Shown here piece after piece: positions 19,130 to 29,416 of a DNA stretch of 64,000 nt. How positions within the stretch are numbered: position 1 is the stretch's first letter; every line of letters starts with the position of its first letter. Where the stretch lies: sequence record PQ724392.1; one strand, 5' to 3'. The notes beneath the pieces were generated by a model. The model saw nothing but the letters and a program-made list of their open reading frames with translations. It searched no databases and was not told where the DNA came from. A program made the position numbers and the translations under genes. Origin of the DNA: a phage.

Positions 19130-20079
19130 TTCATTTCCCCAGCCAGTTGAGCAAACAGATAAGTCAAGTGAACTTCGGTATTGGCTGCAATGCCATGGTA
19201 CTGATTATTCTCACCCACAATCTCATACATACGGATGATGCTTGCACCAGTCAGTTTGCCATACATTTCATCAGCCAGCTTTGCAATGAAGCTTGAATAA
19301 TCATTTGCATGCTTAGGAGCCAGCCCACGGAGAACTTTAAAGTTACGGTCCTTAAGGGCATCAATCACATCATCAATTGGTGTGCGATTGTTTGTCACGA
19401 TGCTCAGAATACCGGAATCAATAACACCCTTTGCAGAGTAACGGTCAAGCTCATTAATTGTCTTACGCAGGTCCGGGAAGTTATGCTTAACCAGAGCAGC
19501 AACAACTTTCAGGTCTTCGATTTCAACGCCTTCGTTTTTACATATCGCGACTGCACGATGAATCATTTCTTTCATCATAGTGGTCTGGTCAGCTGGAGTT
19601 GCTTCACCAAACTTAATTACGCGACAACGAGACTGCAGCGGAGTGATGATGCCATCGATATTGTTCGCGGTCATAATGATTGAACAGTTGCTCGAATAAG
19701 CTTCCATAAAGCTACGAAGGTGTCGTTGTGATTCAGCCAGACCCGCGCGGTCGAACTCATCGATAACAATTACCTTGCGGCGACCTTCGATTGATTTAGA
19801 TGATGCAAAGCGAGTCAATTCATTACGCACAAAGTCAATTCGGCAATCGGAGCCGTTAACAAACAGCATATCAGAATTCGTATCTGCGCACATAGCTTTT
19901 GCAACTGTTGTCTTACCAGTACCAGGGGAACTACTGACCAGAATCAAGTTAGGAATTAAACCTTTTTTAACAATCGCCTCTAATGTTTCTTTATCATGAG
20001 CCGGGAGAATACACTCTGATAATGTACCTGGGCGGTATTTTTGTTCCCACATGAATTCTTTGTCATTAACCGTTAACAT
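19120..20079 (-). CDS. 44: clamp loader ATPase gp44
   Basis: 319 aa; Walker A SPGTGKTT; Walker B VIVIDEFD. Confidence 0.9.
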   Translation of the reverse strand: MLTVNDKEFMWEQKYRPGTLSECILPAHDKETLEAIVKKGLIPNLILVSSSPGTGKTTVAKAMCADTNSDMLFVNGSDCRIDFVRNELTRFASSKSIEGRRKVIVIDEFDRAGLAESQRHLRSFMEAYSSNCSIIMTANNIDGIITPLQSRCRVIKFGEATPADQTTMMKEMIHRAVAICKNEGVEIEDLKVVAALVKHNFPDLRKTINELDRYSAKGVIDSGILSIVTNNRTPIDDVIDALKDRNFKVLRGLAPKHANDYSSFIAKLADEMYGKLTGASIIRMYEIVGENNQYHGIAANTEVHLTYLFAQLAGEMKWL

Positions 20080-20116
20080 ATATTTTCCTCATATTAGTTT
20101 CTACTTTGTACTCCAT

Positions 20117-20130
20117 GGGGCCGAAGCCCC
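20117..20130. terminator. stem-loop GGGGC-CGAA-GCCCC between 45 and 44
   Basis: Hairpin read directly in 56-nt intergenic gap. Confidence 0.4.
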
Positions 20131-20135
20131 ATTTA

Positions 20136-20831
20136 TTAATCTTGGAATTCGTGGCTAGAGCCTTGTTCCATTGCAATCACATAGCTTGCTTGTGTGCCTT
20201 CAAACTTCGTAGCAAATTTATCATCTTTCGCCCAAAGCATAACACGGTAATCAGCCGGAATCATTTTCATGTTCAGTTTGTTAATGATAAATTTAAACGC
20301 TGCATCGCCTTCGTAATCACCACACACTAGGGAATACAATGGACGCGCTAACTCTTTATCTTCGAGCTGATTATAACCATGGATAACAATCTTACCGTCT
20401 TTGTTGGTGATTGCAAAAGTATCCAGAGACAAACCACCAGCCACACGCAGAAGCTGTTGCAGGTCACTACCTTTCAGGTCGAAAATAACCTTAGCTACCG
20501 GGAAAGGAATCTTCTTAGCAGGGAACACGATAGTGCTCGGGTCTGCTGCAGGCCAGTGAATCGTTGAACGTTGGTCTTTGATAATGATGTTTGATGCGTC
20601 TTCAGCCAGAGATACTTCAGCTTGGTCAGTTACCAGGCCCAGGATACTTAAGAAGCCGTTCAGGTCATAAATTGCAGCTTCAAAGTCAATTGTATCATTG
20701 ATTTCGGCTTCGCCATATGACGCTCCAGTTACGGAACGAGTCAGGATGGTATTACCTGGCTTAAGCATAATGCCAGAGTAAATGGAAGTGAAGTTTTTCA
20801 GAACTGCGATAGTGTCTTTAGAGAATTTCAT
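20136..20831 (-). CDS. 45: sliding clamp gp45
   Basis: 231 aa; extended match to remembered T4 gp45 (MKFSKDT ... LLLWAK). Confidence 0.9.
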   Translation of the reverse strand: MKFSKDTIAVLKNFTSIYSGIMLKPGNTILTRSVTGASYGEAEINDTIDFEAAIYDLNGFLSILGLVTDQAEVSLAEDASNIIIKDQRSTIHWPAADPSTIVFPAKKIPFPVAKVIFDLKGSDLQQLLRVAGGLSLDTFAITNKDGKIVIHGYNQLEDKELARPLYSLVCGDYEGDAAFKFIINKLNMKMIPADYRVMLWAKDDKFATKFEGTQASYVIAMEQGSSHEFQD

Positions 20832-20858
20832 TTAATTACCTTTTATTCAAATCAAAAA

Positions 20859-21290
20859 TTAAGCAACAACTGCCATTTGTTTGCGGATAGCTTCCGGAAG
20901 AGATTCAATATACTCTGGAAGTTGTGCAGCAATAATAGAACCAGCTTGCACCAGATGGTCATCAGAGTTAACGCAATAATCATCTTCAAGACGTTCGGAA
21001 CCGTCACGGTCGATAACCAGTTTAGCACCAGCAGCCAGTGAATCGTTATAGTGATTACGCATCAGTTCAATCCACTTATCAGATACATCAGTATCAATCA
21101 CACCATACAGCATGAATTTAATTTCTTGCGGCAGAGACTGCAGACGGGTAGCAGATGCTTCATCACAGGCCAGAACCCAGGATTTACGAACACGGTTTTG
21201 GTTATGCGGGTTAGCGTCGGTGCGGATGGTTTTAACTTGGATATCTTTAGCAGTTACGTTGTTCATAATATTCTCTCTATTCATTATCAA
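20859..21290 (-). CDS. rpbA: RpbA-like RNA polymerase-binding protein
   Basis: ORF at the T4 rpbA position between 46 and 45; start uncertain. Confidence 0.4.
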   Translation of the reverse strand: MIMNRENIMNNVTAKDIQVKTIRTDANPHNQNRVRKSWVLACDEASATRLQSLPQEIKFMLYGVIDTDVSDKWIELMRNHYNDSLAAGAKLVIDRDGSERLEDDYCVNSDDHLVQAGSIIAAQLPEYIESLPEAIRKQMAVVA

Positions 21291-21542
21291 TTAATCAAAG
21301 TATTCATATGCGAACCAGGCATTGTGTCTGTTCGCGATTATTTTAACATATTCTTCACCGAAAGCGTTTTGCAAGTCACGTTCAGTGACAAGGTGTTCAT
21401 CTTTCGAAAAGGTATTAACTAACACATACCGTTTAATTTCAGGGACAGCCAGTAAATGCTGCCCGGTTAAGAAGTCAGCCATAATAGCCTCTATTATAAC
21501 ATCCTTGTTTAAAGCATTATTCCATAACAGTGAATCGACCAA
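21291..21542 (-). CDS. hypothetical protein
   Basis: 83-aa ORF between 46 and rpbA. Confidence 0.4.
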   Translation of the reverse strand: MVDSLLWNNALNKDVIIEAIMADFLTGQHLLAVPEIKRYVLVNTFSKDEHLVTERDLQNAFGEEYVKIIANRHNAWFAYEYFD

Positions 21543-23199
21543 CTTTTTTCATCTGGAGATGTTGCCCGTATGCTTCCGGGTCATGGTCTCGGTGACTGAT
21601 AATAAAGATGTTGGTGTCTTCCAATTTGTTCAGGATGGTAGCAATTGCTTTAACACCCTCTACATCAGTGGCCGAGTCAAAAACTTCATCCAGAATCAAT
21701 GTGTTAATATTAACACCAGATACTTTCGCAGCAATATCGCGCCATGTAAACAGCAATGCAATATCTATACGAGCTTTTTCACCCTGGCTAAATGATGCAT
21801 AACTAAAGTCTTCACGTCCACGAGATTTAATCGTTTCGTTGAACTCTTCATCTAACGTAAAGCTATAATCAGCTTCCATAACTTTAAGATAAGCGTTTAT
21901 CTGCTTATTAAAGATAGGAATATATTTCTTAATAATCGCGCCCTTGATACCAGAATCTTTCAACATATCCGTTAGGATACCACGTTGATATTTTTCCATC
22001 ACAAGGTCAGATTTCTGTTTGACTATTTTATCAAGCTGGTCTTGAAGCATTTTAATGTCTGCTGCATGGTCAATGAATTCTGACTTGGCCTGCTCGATTA
22101 ATGCTTTAACCCTTTTAGCTTTTTCGACAGTCTGGACTAAGGTTTGTTTCTTAGTTTGAATGTCTTGTGCTATTGTACGCTGGTTTTGTCTTGCCTTGGT
22201 ATACGCATCAAATTGCTCCTGAACAGCATTCTGGCGAGCTTTATGCTTATCAGCCGATGCATTACATTCTTCAATCTTTGACTCAATCCTGGCGACAATA
22301 GGGTCTCCTGGATGCAACTGACTAGCACAGGTCTGACAACAACCACCTTTCTCGTACAGACCAACAACCTTTCGATAATCGTCAATCTTCGATTTAATCA
22401 GGAATGATTCCTGCTTTAACTTTGTGAGTTCGTGCTCAGGGTCTTCTCCCAAGATTATCTCGGTCAGTCTTGTCGTTGCTTCTTCGATAGTTGCCTTGAT
22501 TCCACGTGCTTCTGTGGCAAGTTCATCATACATCGTTTGCAGTCGCAACAGATTATCGCCTGACAATTTTCTTTGACGGTCTTCGTTGTCCTGATAGATT
22601 TTAATCTGTTGAACGATACCGTCATGCTGTACATCCATCACCTGGATTTGGCTATTGACTTCGCGGATAAGAGATTTGTTCAGCTTATCCATATCGGCCA
22701 GTACAGAAACCTCTAACAGGTCTTCGACGAGTTTTCTTCTTGCAGGAGTGGATAGGCCCATAAAAGGGGTATATCCAGCTGTGCCGAGTACGACAATTTG
22801 TTTGAAACTGGCGTATGACATTCCGATAAGCTGTTCAAATTCCGCTTGGAAGTCTTTACTGCTGGCAGATTCATCAAGACGTTTACCGCCACAAGAGATT
22901 TCAAAAACATTGGGTTTTTGCCCGCGTTTGATATAGTATTCTTTTCCATCATATTCCATCCACAATTCAACGAGCATATCTTTTTTGTTGCTCGAGTTAA
23001 TCAACTGGCCTTTCTTTACATCACGGAAAGGCTTACCGAACATAGCAAAGGTAACCGCTTCAAGGAACGTAGATTTACCCGCGCCATTCTTGCCGGTGAC
23101 CAGAGTTTTCTGGACTTTATCCAGTTCAACAGTAATCGGTTTAGCACCAACCGACATAATATTTTTATAGATAACTTTCTTAAGCTTAAACGTTTTCAT
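21517..23199 (-). CDS. 46: recombination nuclease subunit gp46 (Rad50/SbcC-like)
   Basis: 560 aa; Walker A GKNGAGKST; coiled-coil middle with CxxC zinc hook; C-terminal LDEVFD. Confidence 0.9.
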   Translation of the reverse strand: MKTFKLKKVIYKNIMSVGAKPITVELDKVQKTLVTGKNGAGKSTFLEAVTFAMFGKPFRDVKKGQLINSSNKKDMLVELWMEYDGKEYYIKRGQKPNVFEISCGGKRLDESASSKDFQAEFEQLIGMSYASFKQIVVLGTAGYTPFMGLSTPARRKLVEDLLEVSVLADMDKLNKSLIREVNSQIQVMDVQHDGIVQQIKIYQDNEDRQRKLSGDNLLRLQTMYDELATEARGIKATIEEATTRLTEIILGEDPEHELTKLKQESFLIKSKIDDYRKVVGLYEKGGCCQTCASQLHPGDPIVARIESKIEECNASADKHKARQNAVQEQFDAYTKARQNQRTIAQDIQTKKQTLVQTVEKAKRVKALIEQAKSEFIDHAADIKMLQDQLDKIVKQKSDLVMEKYQRGILTDMLKDSGIKGAIIKKYIPIFNKQINAYLKVMEADYSFTLDEEFNETIKSRGREDFSYASFSQGEKARIDIALLFTWRDIAAKVSGVNINTLILDEVFDSATDVEGVKAIATILNKLEDTNIFIISHRDHDPEAYGQHLQMKKVGRFTVME

Positions 23200-23420
23200 G
23201 TATTGTTCTCACGAATTGTTTGTTCAGCATATTCTAGCATTTCTTCGGAAGAAGCAAACACGTCGTCAAGTTCCATGGCCCATGAAACACCTTCAGAATA
23301 TTCAGAAGTGACATACATAGTTCCGGTATACCAAGAACCATCCACGTCCCATTCTACATTACCGAACCGGCCATCGCCAATATGAAAATCATGTTTATAC
23401 ATTTTCATCATTATAAGCAT
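23196..23420 (-). CDS. hypothetical protein
   Basis: 74-aa ORF, stop overlaps 46 start. Confidence 0.4.
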   Translation of the reverse strand: MLIMMKMYKHDFHIGDGRFGNVEWDVDGSWYTGTMYVTSEYSEGVSWAMELDDVFASSEEMLEYAEQTIRENNT

Positions 23421-23658
23421 CCTTGATGCATGATTCAGCCATATGAATTAATGTTTCTGGAGTATCATCTACCATTACATTAAAGCTAAATTCCACAGCC
23501 CAATCGGTGACTACATAGACTTTGATAAGTTGACCGGTTTCCCGGTCAGTGATAGCTTCAAACCAATACTTAATAGTATTCGGTTGATTATCGTCGTCAA
23601 CAACATCACATTCGCGGATATGCTCAAGTCCCGCTTCATTAAAATCATAAAGTCTCAT
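23395..23658 (-). CDS. hypothetical protein
   Basis: 87-aa ORF between 47 and 46. Confidence 0.4.
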   Translation of the reverse strand: MRLYDFNEAGLEHIRECDVVDDDNQPNTIKYWFEAITDRETGQLIKVYVVTDWAVEFSFNVMVDDTPETLIHMAESCIKDAYNDENV

Positions 23659-24674
23659 GGTTGTACCTCAAGATATAATTTGTTGGCCAATGCTTTAAGA
23701 GCTTTTGATTCTTTCTCATTGGTGTCAGGTAATGCATCAATATATTCTGCCATCATATCAGTTAAGCGTTTTATGTCTAACTCTTCTTCGGAGTCAGTCG
23801 TATCAACACTGTTATCAACCTTATTGACAACACGCAATTCATGTACACGCTTTTCTAATTCAGATTCGAACTTGGTCAGGTCTTTATCGACTTTTTCTAC
23901 AATAACACGGACTGATAGGTCTTTGAAGTCGTCGTAGTTAATAGTTTCGTTTGGATAGAAAATCTTCCGATGCCAGGTGGTTTCATTCGGAATAAATTTC
24001 ATCTCTTCGGTTTCTGTATCAAATTCCCAGAATCCGCGCGGGTCATTCTCATCACCTGCTGTTAATGTCCATGGTGTCCCGATGTACTTAACGTTTGCAG
24101 CTTCTGAAATGGTATGGAAGTGCCCAGACCAAACTTGCTTGTACTTCTTAAGGAAATCGGGCTCAAGCCCGTGGGATTTCAATCCTTTATAGAAATAAAA
24201 CCCGGTTAATTCCCAGTGACCAATGCAATATTCAGCACCAGAAGTTTTGATGTGTTGATGAATGTCAGTCGCGTTCTCGTCACACATCCATGGAATCATA
24301 TCAATCTGACAGCCGTCAAAATCAACAGTCGTTGGCTTGTCGTAGATTTTAACATGGTCATACTTATTCAGGAGTTCGGTGATAGCATTAGGATGAATCT
24401 TATTCTTCAGATTCATGTCATGGTTCCCGACTATCGTGTGCATAGTAATTCCTGCTTCACGAAGGAGTTCCATAATCTCGCGGCTGAATTCCATTGTCTT
24501 ATGCGTTACAGCCTTACGGACGTCAAAAATATCACCATATTGAATCCAGACTTTAATTCCATTTGCTTTGGAATATGCAATCGCCTGTAAAATACCATCC
24601 CGTTGAATGTTTTGAGCCCATGGGTCGTCAGCTTTGACACCCAAGTGCCAATCACCTAAATTTAAAATTTTCAT
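23655..24674 (-). CDS. 47: recombination nuclease gp47 (Mre11/SbcD-like)
   Basis: Start set at ATG 24674 (MKILNLGDWHLG); ORF-track start at 24701 is a TTG; phosphoesterase motifs GDWH, GNHD. Confidence 0.9.
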   Translation of the reverse strand: MKILNLGDWHLGVKADDPWAQNIQRDGILQAIAYSKANGIKVWIQYGDIFDVRKAVTHKTMEFSREIMELLREAGITMHTIVGNHDMNLKNKIHPNAITELLNKYDHVKIYDKPTTVDFDGCQIDMIPWMCDENATDIHQHIKTSGAEYCIGHWELTGFYFYKGLKSHGLEPDFLKKYKQVWSGHFHTISEAANVKYIGTPWTLTAGDENDPRGFWEFDTETEEMKFIPNETTWHRKIFYPNETINYDDFKDLSVRVIVEKVDKDLTKFESELEKRVHELRVVNKVDNSVDTTDSEEELDIKRLTDMMAEYIDALPDTNEKESKALKALANKLYLEVQP

Positions 24675-24814
24675 AAGCCAAGCGCCGTTATCGCAGTGCA
24701 AAATAAAATTATTGAAATGAACCCGTCAGGAGTAGAAAAGAATCCTATCCAACAAGCTCGTGTGAATGTGTAGAATGCCATGAATAACACAACATATCCT
24801 AAAAATAATTCCAT
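24671..24814 (-). CDS. small hydrophobic peptide
   Basis: 47-aa frame translated by hand; GAGGAG SD; TGA stop overlaps gp47 ATG. Confidence 0.35.
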   Translation of the reverse strand: MELFLGYVVLFMAFYTFTRACWIGFFSTPDGFISIILFCTAITALGL

Positions 24815-24831
24815 ATAATCTCCTCAGTTGG

Positions 24832-24862
24832 TTCATTTTATCATCCCGAATATAAAGCAAAA
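24832..24862 (-). promoter_or_regulatory. MotA-type middle promoter candidate
   Basis: Gene-sense tttTGCTTTA-N12-TAAAAT, immediately after a hairpin+T-tract terminator. Confidence 0.4.
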
Positions 24863-24883
24863 AAGGAAGCACTAGGCTTCCTT
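24863..24883 (-). terminator. stem-loop terminator
   Basis: AAGGAAGC-acta-GCTTCCTT hairpin followed by TTTTTT on gene-sense strand. Confidence 0.5.
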
Positions 24884-25200
24884 TCCAATTAATACACCAT
24901 ACAGAGGTTCATGAGAAGACCTGAACTTGATAGGCTTATATTTAATAGTACCTTCATTTTCTGCTTTAATACGAGCGGCTTCAAATTGAAGTATCATCTC
25001 ATTTTTGTCAGATTTAATCTTATCAAAATCCGTCGAATTCGTCATTCATATGACCTCTTAAAAATCAGGATGTTCGTCTTGAAATATATTACCCAATCGT
25101 TTTAATTCGTCGGAAGTAAGAATATCTACATCATCAATAGTCATAATACACCTCTTAAACTTTTTCGTATTCGTCATTCATTAACCGGCAGTCCATGTTA

Positions 25201-25401
25201 TCATCGTTGCCACCACTTCTTAAGTTGATGTGAATCCACCCAAACCTTGGCTACAGGCTCAATCCGAAAAATTTCATCGGAATACTGCCCAACCATTTTA
25301 TATTCGGTTTCAGTCTGCTTGATACAGATATTACCATATGAGCGAAGTCTGAAAGCGGCTCCAATAAGAAGCCGTTTAAAAGGTTTATTTACTAATGCCA
25401 T
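25201..25401 (-). CDS. hypothetical protein
   Basis: 66-aa ORF co-oriented. Confidence 0.3.
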   Translation of the reverse strand: MALVNKPFKRLLIGAAFRLRSYGNICIKQTETEYKMVGQYSDEIFRIEPVAKVWVDSHQLKKWWQR

Positions 25402-25696
25402 TTACGATTTCCCAAATTTGTTTGCGAGTAGTTTCCCACATCAACTTAATCAGGTCTTCCGTAACTGGTTGGCGGTAAATTCCACGCAGTTTAACTAAAG
25501 CATATTTGTATGCTTCAAAATTGTTTTCCAGCACTGCCCCTTGAGCATGCTTATTCAGTCGTGCAATTTCACGAGCATTCTTTTTCAGAATCTTTGCTGC
25601 TTGACTCTGTGCTTCGAGCGCGTTCGCTTCTTCGAGACGTTCCTGTGCTTCTTCAATCTGCTTATCGGTCAGTTGAGAAATATCTGGAGCTTGCAT
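25385..25696 (-). CDS. hypothetical protein
   Basis: 103-aa ORF co-oriented. Confidence 0.4.
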   Translation of the reverse strand: MQAPDISQLTDKQIEEAQERLEEANALEAQSQAAKILKKNAREIARLNKHAQGAVLENNFEAYKYALVKLRGIYRQPVTEDLIKLMWETTRKQIWEIVNGISK

Positions 25697-25697
25697 A

Positions 25698-25949
25698 TTA
25701 ATCCTTGGGAGTTAACTCAATTGTAAAATATAGATTAGCATTATCCACATGATAACGGTAATCAACGTTATTATCCGGCGAAGTAAATTCCAGATTCCGG
25801 ACGTTTAAAGGGTCGATATCAATTGGAAGACCTTTTATGTCTCGCAGATAAAGTTTAATGAAATATGGGAGCGCAGTAAAGTCTTCCTCGATTTTATCTA
25901 AAAAATCGGTAATATCAAATTGATGTTCCATATAAAAAATCCAAATCAC
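25698..25949 (-). CDS. hypothetical protein
   Basis: 83-aa ORF co-oriented. Confidence 0.35.
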   Translation of the reverse strand: MIWIFYMEHQFDITDFLDKIEEDFTALPYFIKLYLRDIKGLPIDIDPLNVRNLEFTSPDNNVDYRYHVDNANLYFTIELTPKD

Positions 25950-26472
25950 CTTCTTTATCTTTGGCGCTCTTATCAGACCCTGGCGCTTTAACTAAAGAGG
26001 ATTCGTACTGTGTCATTTTGTCATAGATGTCCTGGATAAATGTTTCATCAGCCAGAGCCACCATATCGTCGTCACGTGAATCATACACGTTATGAACGAA
26101 GTAGCTATATTTCTTTGCCATTTCTTTACGTTCTTTTTTGATACGCTGAACGAAAGCATTGAAGCAAGCCATTGTTATGTAAGCATGTGGATTATCGTAT
26201 TTTGTTTCGTCGAAGTTATGAAGACCTTTTATTGCGGCCTCAATTCCGTCTGCAATCATTTCTTGCTTCCAGGATTGGGTATATCCGGAGAAGTTGAAAC
26301 GTTTGCTAAGACCTTCGGCTATAAGCATAATTGCCAGACCAATAACATCGTTCTGGCGAATAATTTTATTCGGGTCGGTGTTCGCATTCAGCTTCTGTTT
26401 CCACTCCGAAATAGCTTTCAGAAGCTCTTTATTATTTACATAGTTATTCTTGGTTAATTTAATTTCGTTCAT
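25915..26472 (-). CDS. 55: late transcription sigma factor gp55
   Basis: 185 aa, the size of T4 gp55; position between 47 and nrd genes. Confidence 0.8.
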   Translation of the reverse strand: MNEIKLTKNNYVNNKELLKAISEWKQKLNANTDPNKIIRQNDVIGLAIMLIAEGLSKRFNFSGYTQSWKQEMIADGIEAAIKGLHNFDETKYDNPHAYITMACFNAFVQRIKKERKEMAKKYSYFVHNVYDSRDDDMVALADETFIQDIYDKMTQYESSLVKAPGSDKSAKDKEGDLDFLYGTSI

Positions 26473-26522
26473 ATCGCCTCGCTTAGTATATGAATATTAT
26501 ATCATCCTTAATACAAAGCATT
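26473..26522 (-). promoter_or_regulatory. MotA-type middle promoter candidate for gene 55
   Basis: Gene-sense aaTGCTTTG-N12-TATAAT upstream of gp55 ATG. Confidence 0.4.
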
Positions 26523-26787
26523 AGCGAAGTAAACAGTAAGCCTGAAAGACCTTCTCCATAATTGCCTTAAATTCATGAATGTCAATATAAGGAATAACCT
26601 CGGCATCGCTAATGAATTCCATCAGGCGGTCATGTTCGTTGCGGTATTGCCCTTCATTCAGCATACCGATATGGGACTCCCAAGAGCCATACCCTTCTGC
26701 GTGCGGGAAGAATGTTATTTTCATAAATTCATCCACCCAAAACGTTCCCAGGTCCTGGACGGATATCATTGTATGATTGATGTGCAT
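26521..26787 (-). CDS. hypothetical protein
   Basis: 88-aa ORF co-oriented. Confidence 0.35.
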   Translation of the reverse strand: MHINHTMISVQDLGTFWVDEFMKITFFPHAEGYGSWESHIGMLNEGQYRNEHDRLMEFISDAEVIPYIDIHEFKAIMEKVFQAYCLLR

Positions 26788-27053
26788 CAGTACACCATCT
26801 GAGCAGCTTCTAAAACATCGTCAAGCTTATCAAACTGGTCAACATAATCAATCCCACCTACTTCATCTTTAGCATACAACCAATACTGATGGAATTCATA
26901 TTCAATAATAAAGTGGTCACCTTCAATCTGGAGAACACCAACATCATTAAATTGAACTGCATAACCCGCCAGACGTACATCATTCAGGAGTTCTTCTTTC
27001 ATAGTAATCATTTCCAGGTTTTTCTCATAATGAGAGAGTTTAATTTTAATCAT
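26787..27053 (-). CDS. hypothetical protein
   Basis: 88-aa ORF co-oriented. Confidence 0.35.
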   Translation of the reverse strand: MIKIKLSHYEKNLEMITMKEELLNDVRLAGYAVQFNDVGVLQIEGDHFIIEYEFHQYWLYAKDEVGGIDYVDQFDKLDDVLEAAQMVY

Positions 27054-27294
27054 TTAAGTAGTCCAGGAATTCGTCTAATGTCATGCCTTCCGCCCAAGCT
27101 ATTTTAGGGTCAGGCATTTTCATATAAGTGGTCTTAGAGCTTATAGGAAGTATCCTGAAATCATAATGACTTCCACGTAGCCTCTTAGCCTCTTTTATAA
27201 TAGTTTCACTATTAACCATCATAGATGTACGTTGGAAACCAGATAAAGCTTTAAGGACGATTATGGCTGATACACCTTCTGGTAAATTATTCAT
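27046..27294 (-). CDS. hypothetical protein
   Basis: 82-aa ORF co-oriented. Confidence 0.35.
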   Translation of the reverse strand: MNNLPEGVSAIIVLKALSGFQRTSMMVNSETIIKEAKRLRGSHYDFRILPISSKTTYMKMPDPKIAWAEGMTLDEFLDYLND

Positions 27295-27617
27295 TTCGCA
27301 CCCTTAACAATTTTTAGGTCAACAAAACCTTTCTTGCGCTGGGAATTCATGCGCTTGATGGCTTTATCAGAAACTTCTTTGTTTTCGCGCAGAAGCGGCA
27401 GACCAAACGCTACTACATCAAATTCGTGCAGGATATACTGGACAAGGCTTTCACGAATACGCGCTTTACCCATTGTCTGACCTTCTGCAATAATCAGTTT
27501 CTGTACATCGCCTTCCCACTGGTCCAGAATCTCAGGGGTAACAAAACCAGATTTCATCAGAGTGTTAACTTTAGCAAATGCGAAATTAGCGATGATGTTA
27601 GTGATAGATGCAGTCAT
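27291..27617 (-). CDS. hypothetical protein
   Basis: 108-aa ORF co-oriented. Confidence 0.4.
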   Translation of the reverse strand: MTASITNIIANFAFAKVNTLMKSGFVTPEILDQWEGDVQKLIIAEGQTMGKARIRESLVQYILHEFDVVAFGLPLLRENKEVSDKAIKRMNSQRKKGFVDLKIVKGAK

Positions 27618-27689
27618 GATATATTCCTCAGTCTCATTAAATTAAAATTTTATTATCCTGGGGCCATTATACCATGACCCCGTTGATTT

Positions 27690-27887
27690 TTATTGCGCTT
27701 TAGCCGCTTTCCAGCCTTCATACATCATTGCGGCTGATATCAATATTGCTCCTGAGCAACTTGAATATTTGTGATTCCAAAACCAGTTCAGAAAAACTTC
27801 GTCATCGATACCTTGAGCTATCATATTTTCAAAAAACTGGCGACGAGCTTCAGCAATTCGCTGTGATAATTTAGATTCAGGGTTCAT
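27690..27887 (-). CDS. hypothetical protein
   Basis: 65-aa ORF co-oriented. Confidence 0.35.
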   Translation of the reverse strand: MNPESKLSQRIAEARRQFFENMIAQGIDDEVFLNWFWNHKYSSCSGAILISAAMMYEGWKAAKAQ

Positions 27888-28019
27888 TTAAATTTTCCAG
27901 TTACCGTTTTCATCAATAAATTCAATCCAGTCATTTACTGACCACTTAGTTGTATCGCCTTTGGGGGCAGAATTTAAAGTGTATAACCCCTGCTTAAAAA
28001 GCATTCGTTTGATATTCAT
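27888..28019 (-). CDS. hypothetical protein
   Basis: Start moved to internal Met to avoid overlap with next ORF. Confidence 0.3.
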   Translation of the reverse strand: MNIKRMLFKQGLYTLNSAPKGDTTKWSVNDWIEFIDENGNWKI

Positions 28020-28026
28020 ATTTTCC

Positions 28027-28320
28027 TCAACTGTAGCGATAACATTCGTTTGATTTACGTTTTGCAACACGATGAGAAGTATTGTAATCCAAATCATCCT
28101 CAACGTATACATCTTTTTTCAACTGACGAACTTCTTTACGCAGTTGACGATTCATCTCATTCTTGACTTCTGAATCAACGCCACAAAAACGTTTCCATTT
28201 GTCCGAACGGAAGATATTTTTATTCAAAGTTTCTTCTGATACACCGTCAGGTGCTTTACGTCTAGCTATGCAATTAAAATCTTTAGAAGACAATTCTTTA
28301 CGACGGATAGTTTTACCCAT
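28027..28320 (-). CDS. hypothetical basic protein
   Basis: 97-aa ORF, Lys/Arg-rich. Confidence 0.35.
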   Translation of the reverse strand: MGKTIRRKELSSKDFNCIARRKAPDGVSEETLNKNIFRSDKWKRFCGVDSEVKNEMNRQLRKEVRQLKKDVYVEDDLDYNTSHRVAKRKSNECYRYS

Positions 28321-28322
28321 AG

Positions 28323-28577
28323 TTACCTCAACAGTTTGTATCCAATAAGATTTTTAATGTACTGGATATCTTTGACATCCAAATCCAACTTAAGGTCTTT
28401 CAGACGGTCGCACAGGGTCAAAAAGGTTACATGCTTCCAATTCTTCACTGGGCAGCAATAAGTCTTAGGACCATTTGCAATTTCAATATTCTTATCAGTG
28501 ACGGTGAGAAAAATTAGGCGCTCATCATCCAGATTAAGGGTAATGATATTTTTCATTGAGTGTAATTTCAGGCTCAT
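28323..28577 (-). CDS. hypothetical protein
   Basis: 84-aa ORF co-oriented. Confidence 0.35.
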   Translation of the reverse strand: MSLKLHSMKNIITLNLDDERLIFLTVTDKNIEIANGPKTYCCPVKNWKHVTFLTLCDRLKDLKLDLDVKDIQYIKNLIGYKLLR

Positions 28578-28750
28578 AATTTAATTTCCTTAGCTATCGA
28601 ACAAAACACTCCACGGTCACAAATCATTTTAATACCAAGGTCAATTATGGTATACCACACATCCAGGCTAGATATTTCAGTTACTAAAACAGCTTTGCCG
28701 TTGATTGAATAATACTGGTTGACTTTAATTTCTTTATCTTCAATAACCAT
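28574..28750 (-). CDS. hypothetical protein
   Basis: 58-aa frame translated by hand (MVIEDKEIKVNQYYSINGK...); stop overlaps next start; preceded by promoter cassette. Confidence 0.35.
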   Translation of the reverse strand: MVIEDKEIKVNQYYSINGKAVLVTEISSLDVWYTIIDLGIKMICDRGVFCSIAKEIKL

Positions 28751-28820
28751 TTTGTTTTCCTCATCAGTAGTTGATGGGATAATGATACACCGTTCAAAGG
28801 GGCTTGTACACCCCTTTTTT
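28751..28820 (-). promoter_or_regulatory. stem-loop + early promoter cassette (PeSL-like)
   Basis: GGGGTGTACAAGCCCC hairpin containing -35 GTGTAC, N18, TATCAT, leader TATCCCATCAACTACTGATGAGGAA. Confidence 0.5.
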
Positions 28821-29136
28821 AATCTTCAATTAAGTCCTGGTCGTACCCCAGGGATATCAGTTTTGTTTTAAAGGCAGGAATATTGGTCATTTTTTCATCA
28901 TTGACAAAAATCACCGGGTAACGAATGTTAAGAGTAGGATATCCAGCACGCTTAGCCAAAGACACGATTAAAGGCCTGTCATAAGCGATTTCAGAGCCTT
29001 GTTTGTTAAGGACTGAATAGAATGTATAAGGAAGGTTTAAGGAGCCCAGAAGCCCCCTGACGTGCATACAACCAGGGCATCGACCGACTTCTTCGGGGAT
29101 ACCATAGATTTCAATCTTAGTCGAGTTTTGGTCCAC
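28819..29136 (-). CDS. nrdH: NrdH-like glutaredoxin
   Basis: 105 aa with CPGC redox motif; adjacent to nrdG/nrdD. Confidence 0.6.
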   Translation of the reverse strand: MDQNSTKIEIYGIPEEVGRCPGCMHVRGLLGSLNLPYTFYSVLNKQGSEIAYDRPLIVSLAKRAGYPTLNIRYPVIFVNDEKMTNIPAFKTKLISLGYDQDLIED

Positions 29137-29416
29137 AGGAAATCACTCCTTGGTAGTTCCAGGTTTTAATAACTTCTTCATCGCTGGCGGTTGCATACGG
29201 GACATAAATCTGAATAAGGAAACCTGTGTCATCGAAAGAGAAATAAACCGTCGGTTTGATTCCATGAATCTCAGATAGAGCATAGATATCTTTAAGGTCT
29301 TCTTCTTTATCAGCAAAGAATTTCGGGTCCAGGTCACAGTCGTGGAAGTACCATTCATCACCGAACTTGTCCCACGCGGTCCAATTAGTAGCTACATATT
29401 CTTCAAAACGTTTCAT
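29117..29416 (-). CDS. hypothetical protein
   Basis: 99-aa ORF co-oriented. Confidence 0.4.
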   Translation of the reverse strand: MKRFEEYVATNWTAWDKFGDEWYFHDCDLDPKFFADKEEDLKDIYALSEIHGIKPTVYFSFDDTGFLIQIYVPYATASDEEVIKTWNYQGVISCGPKLD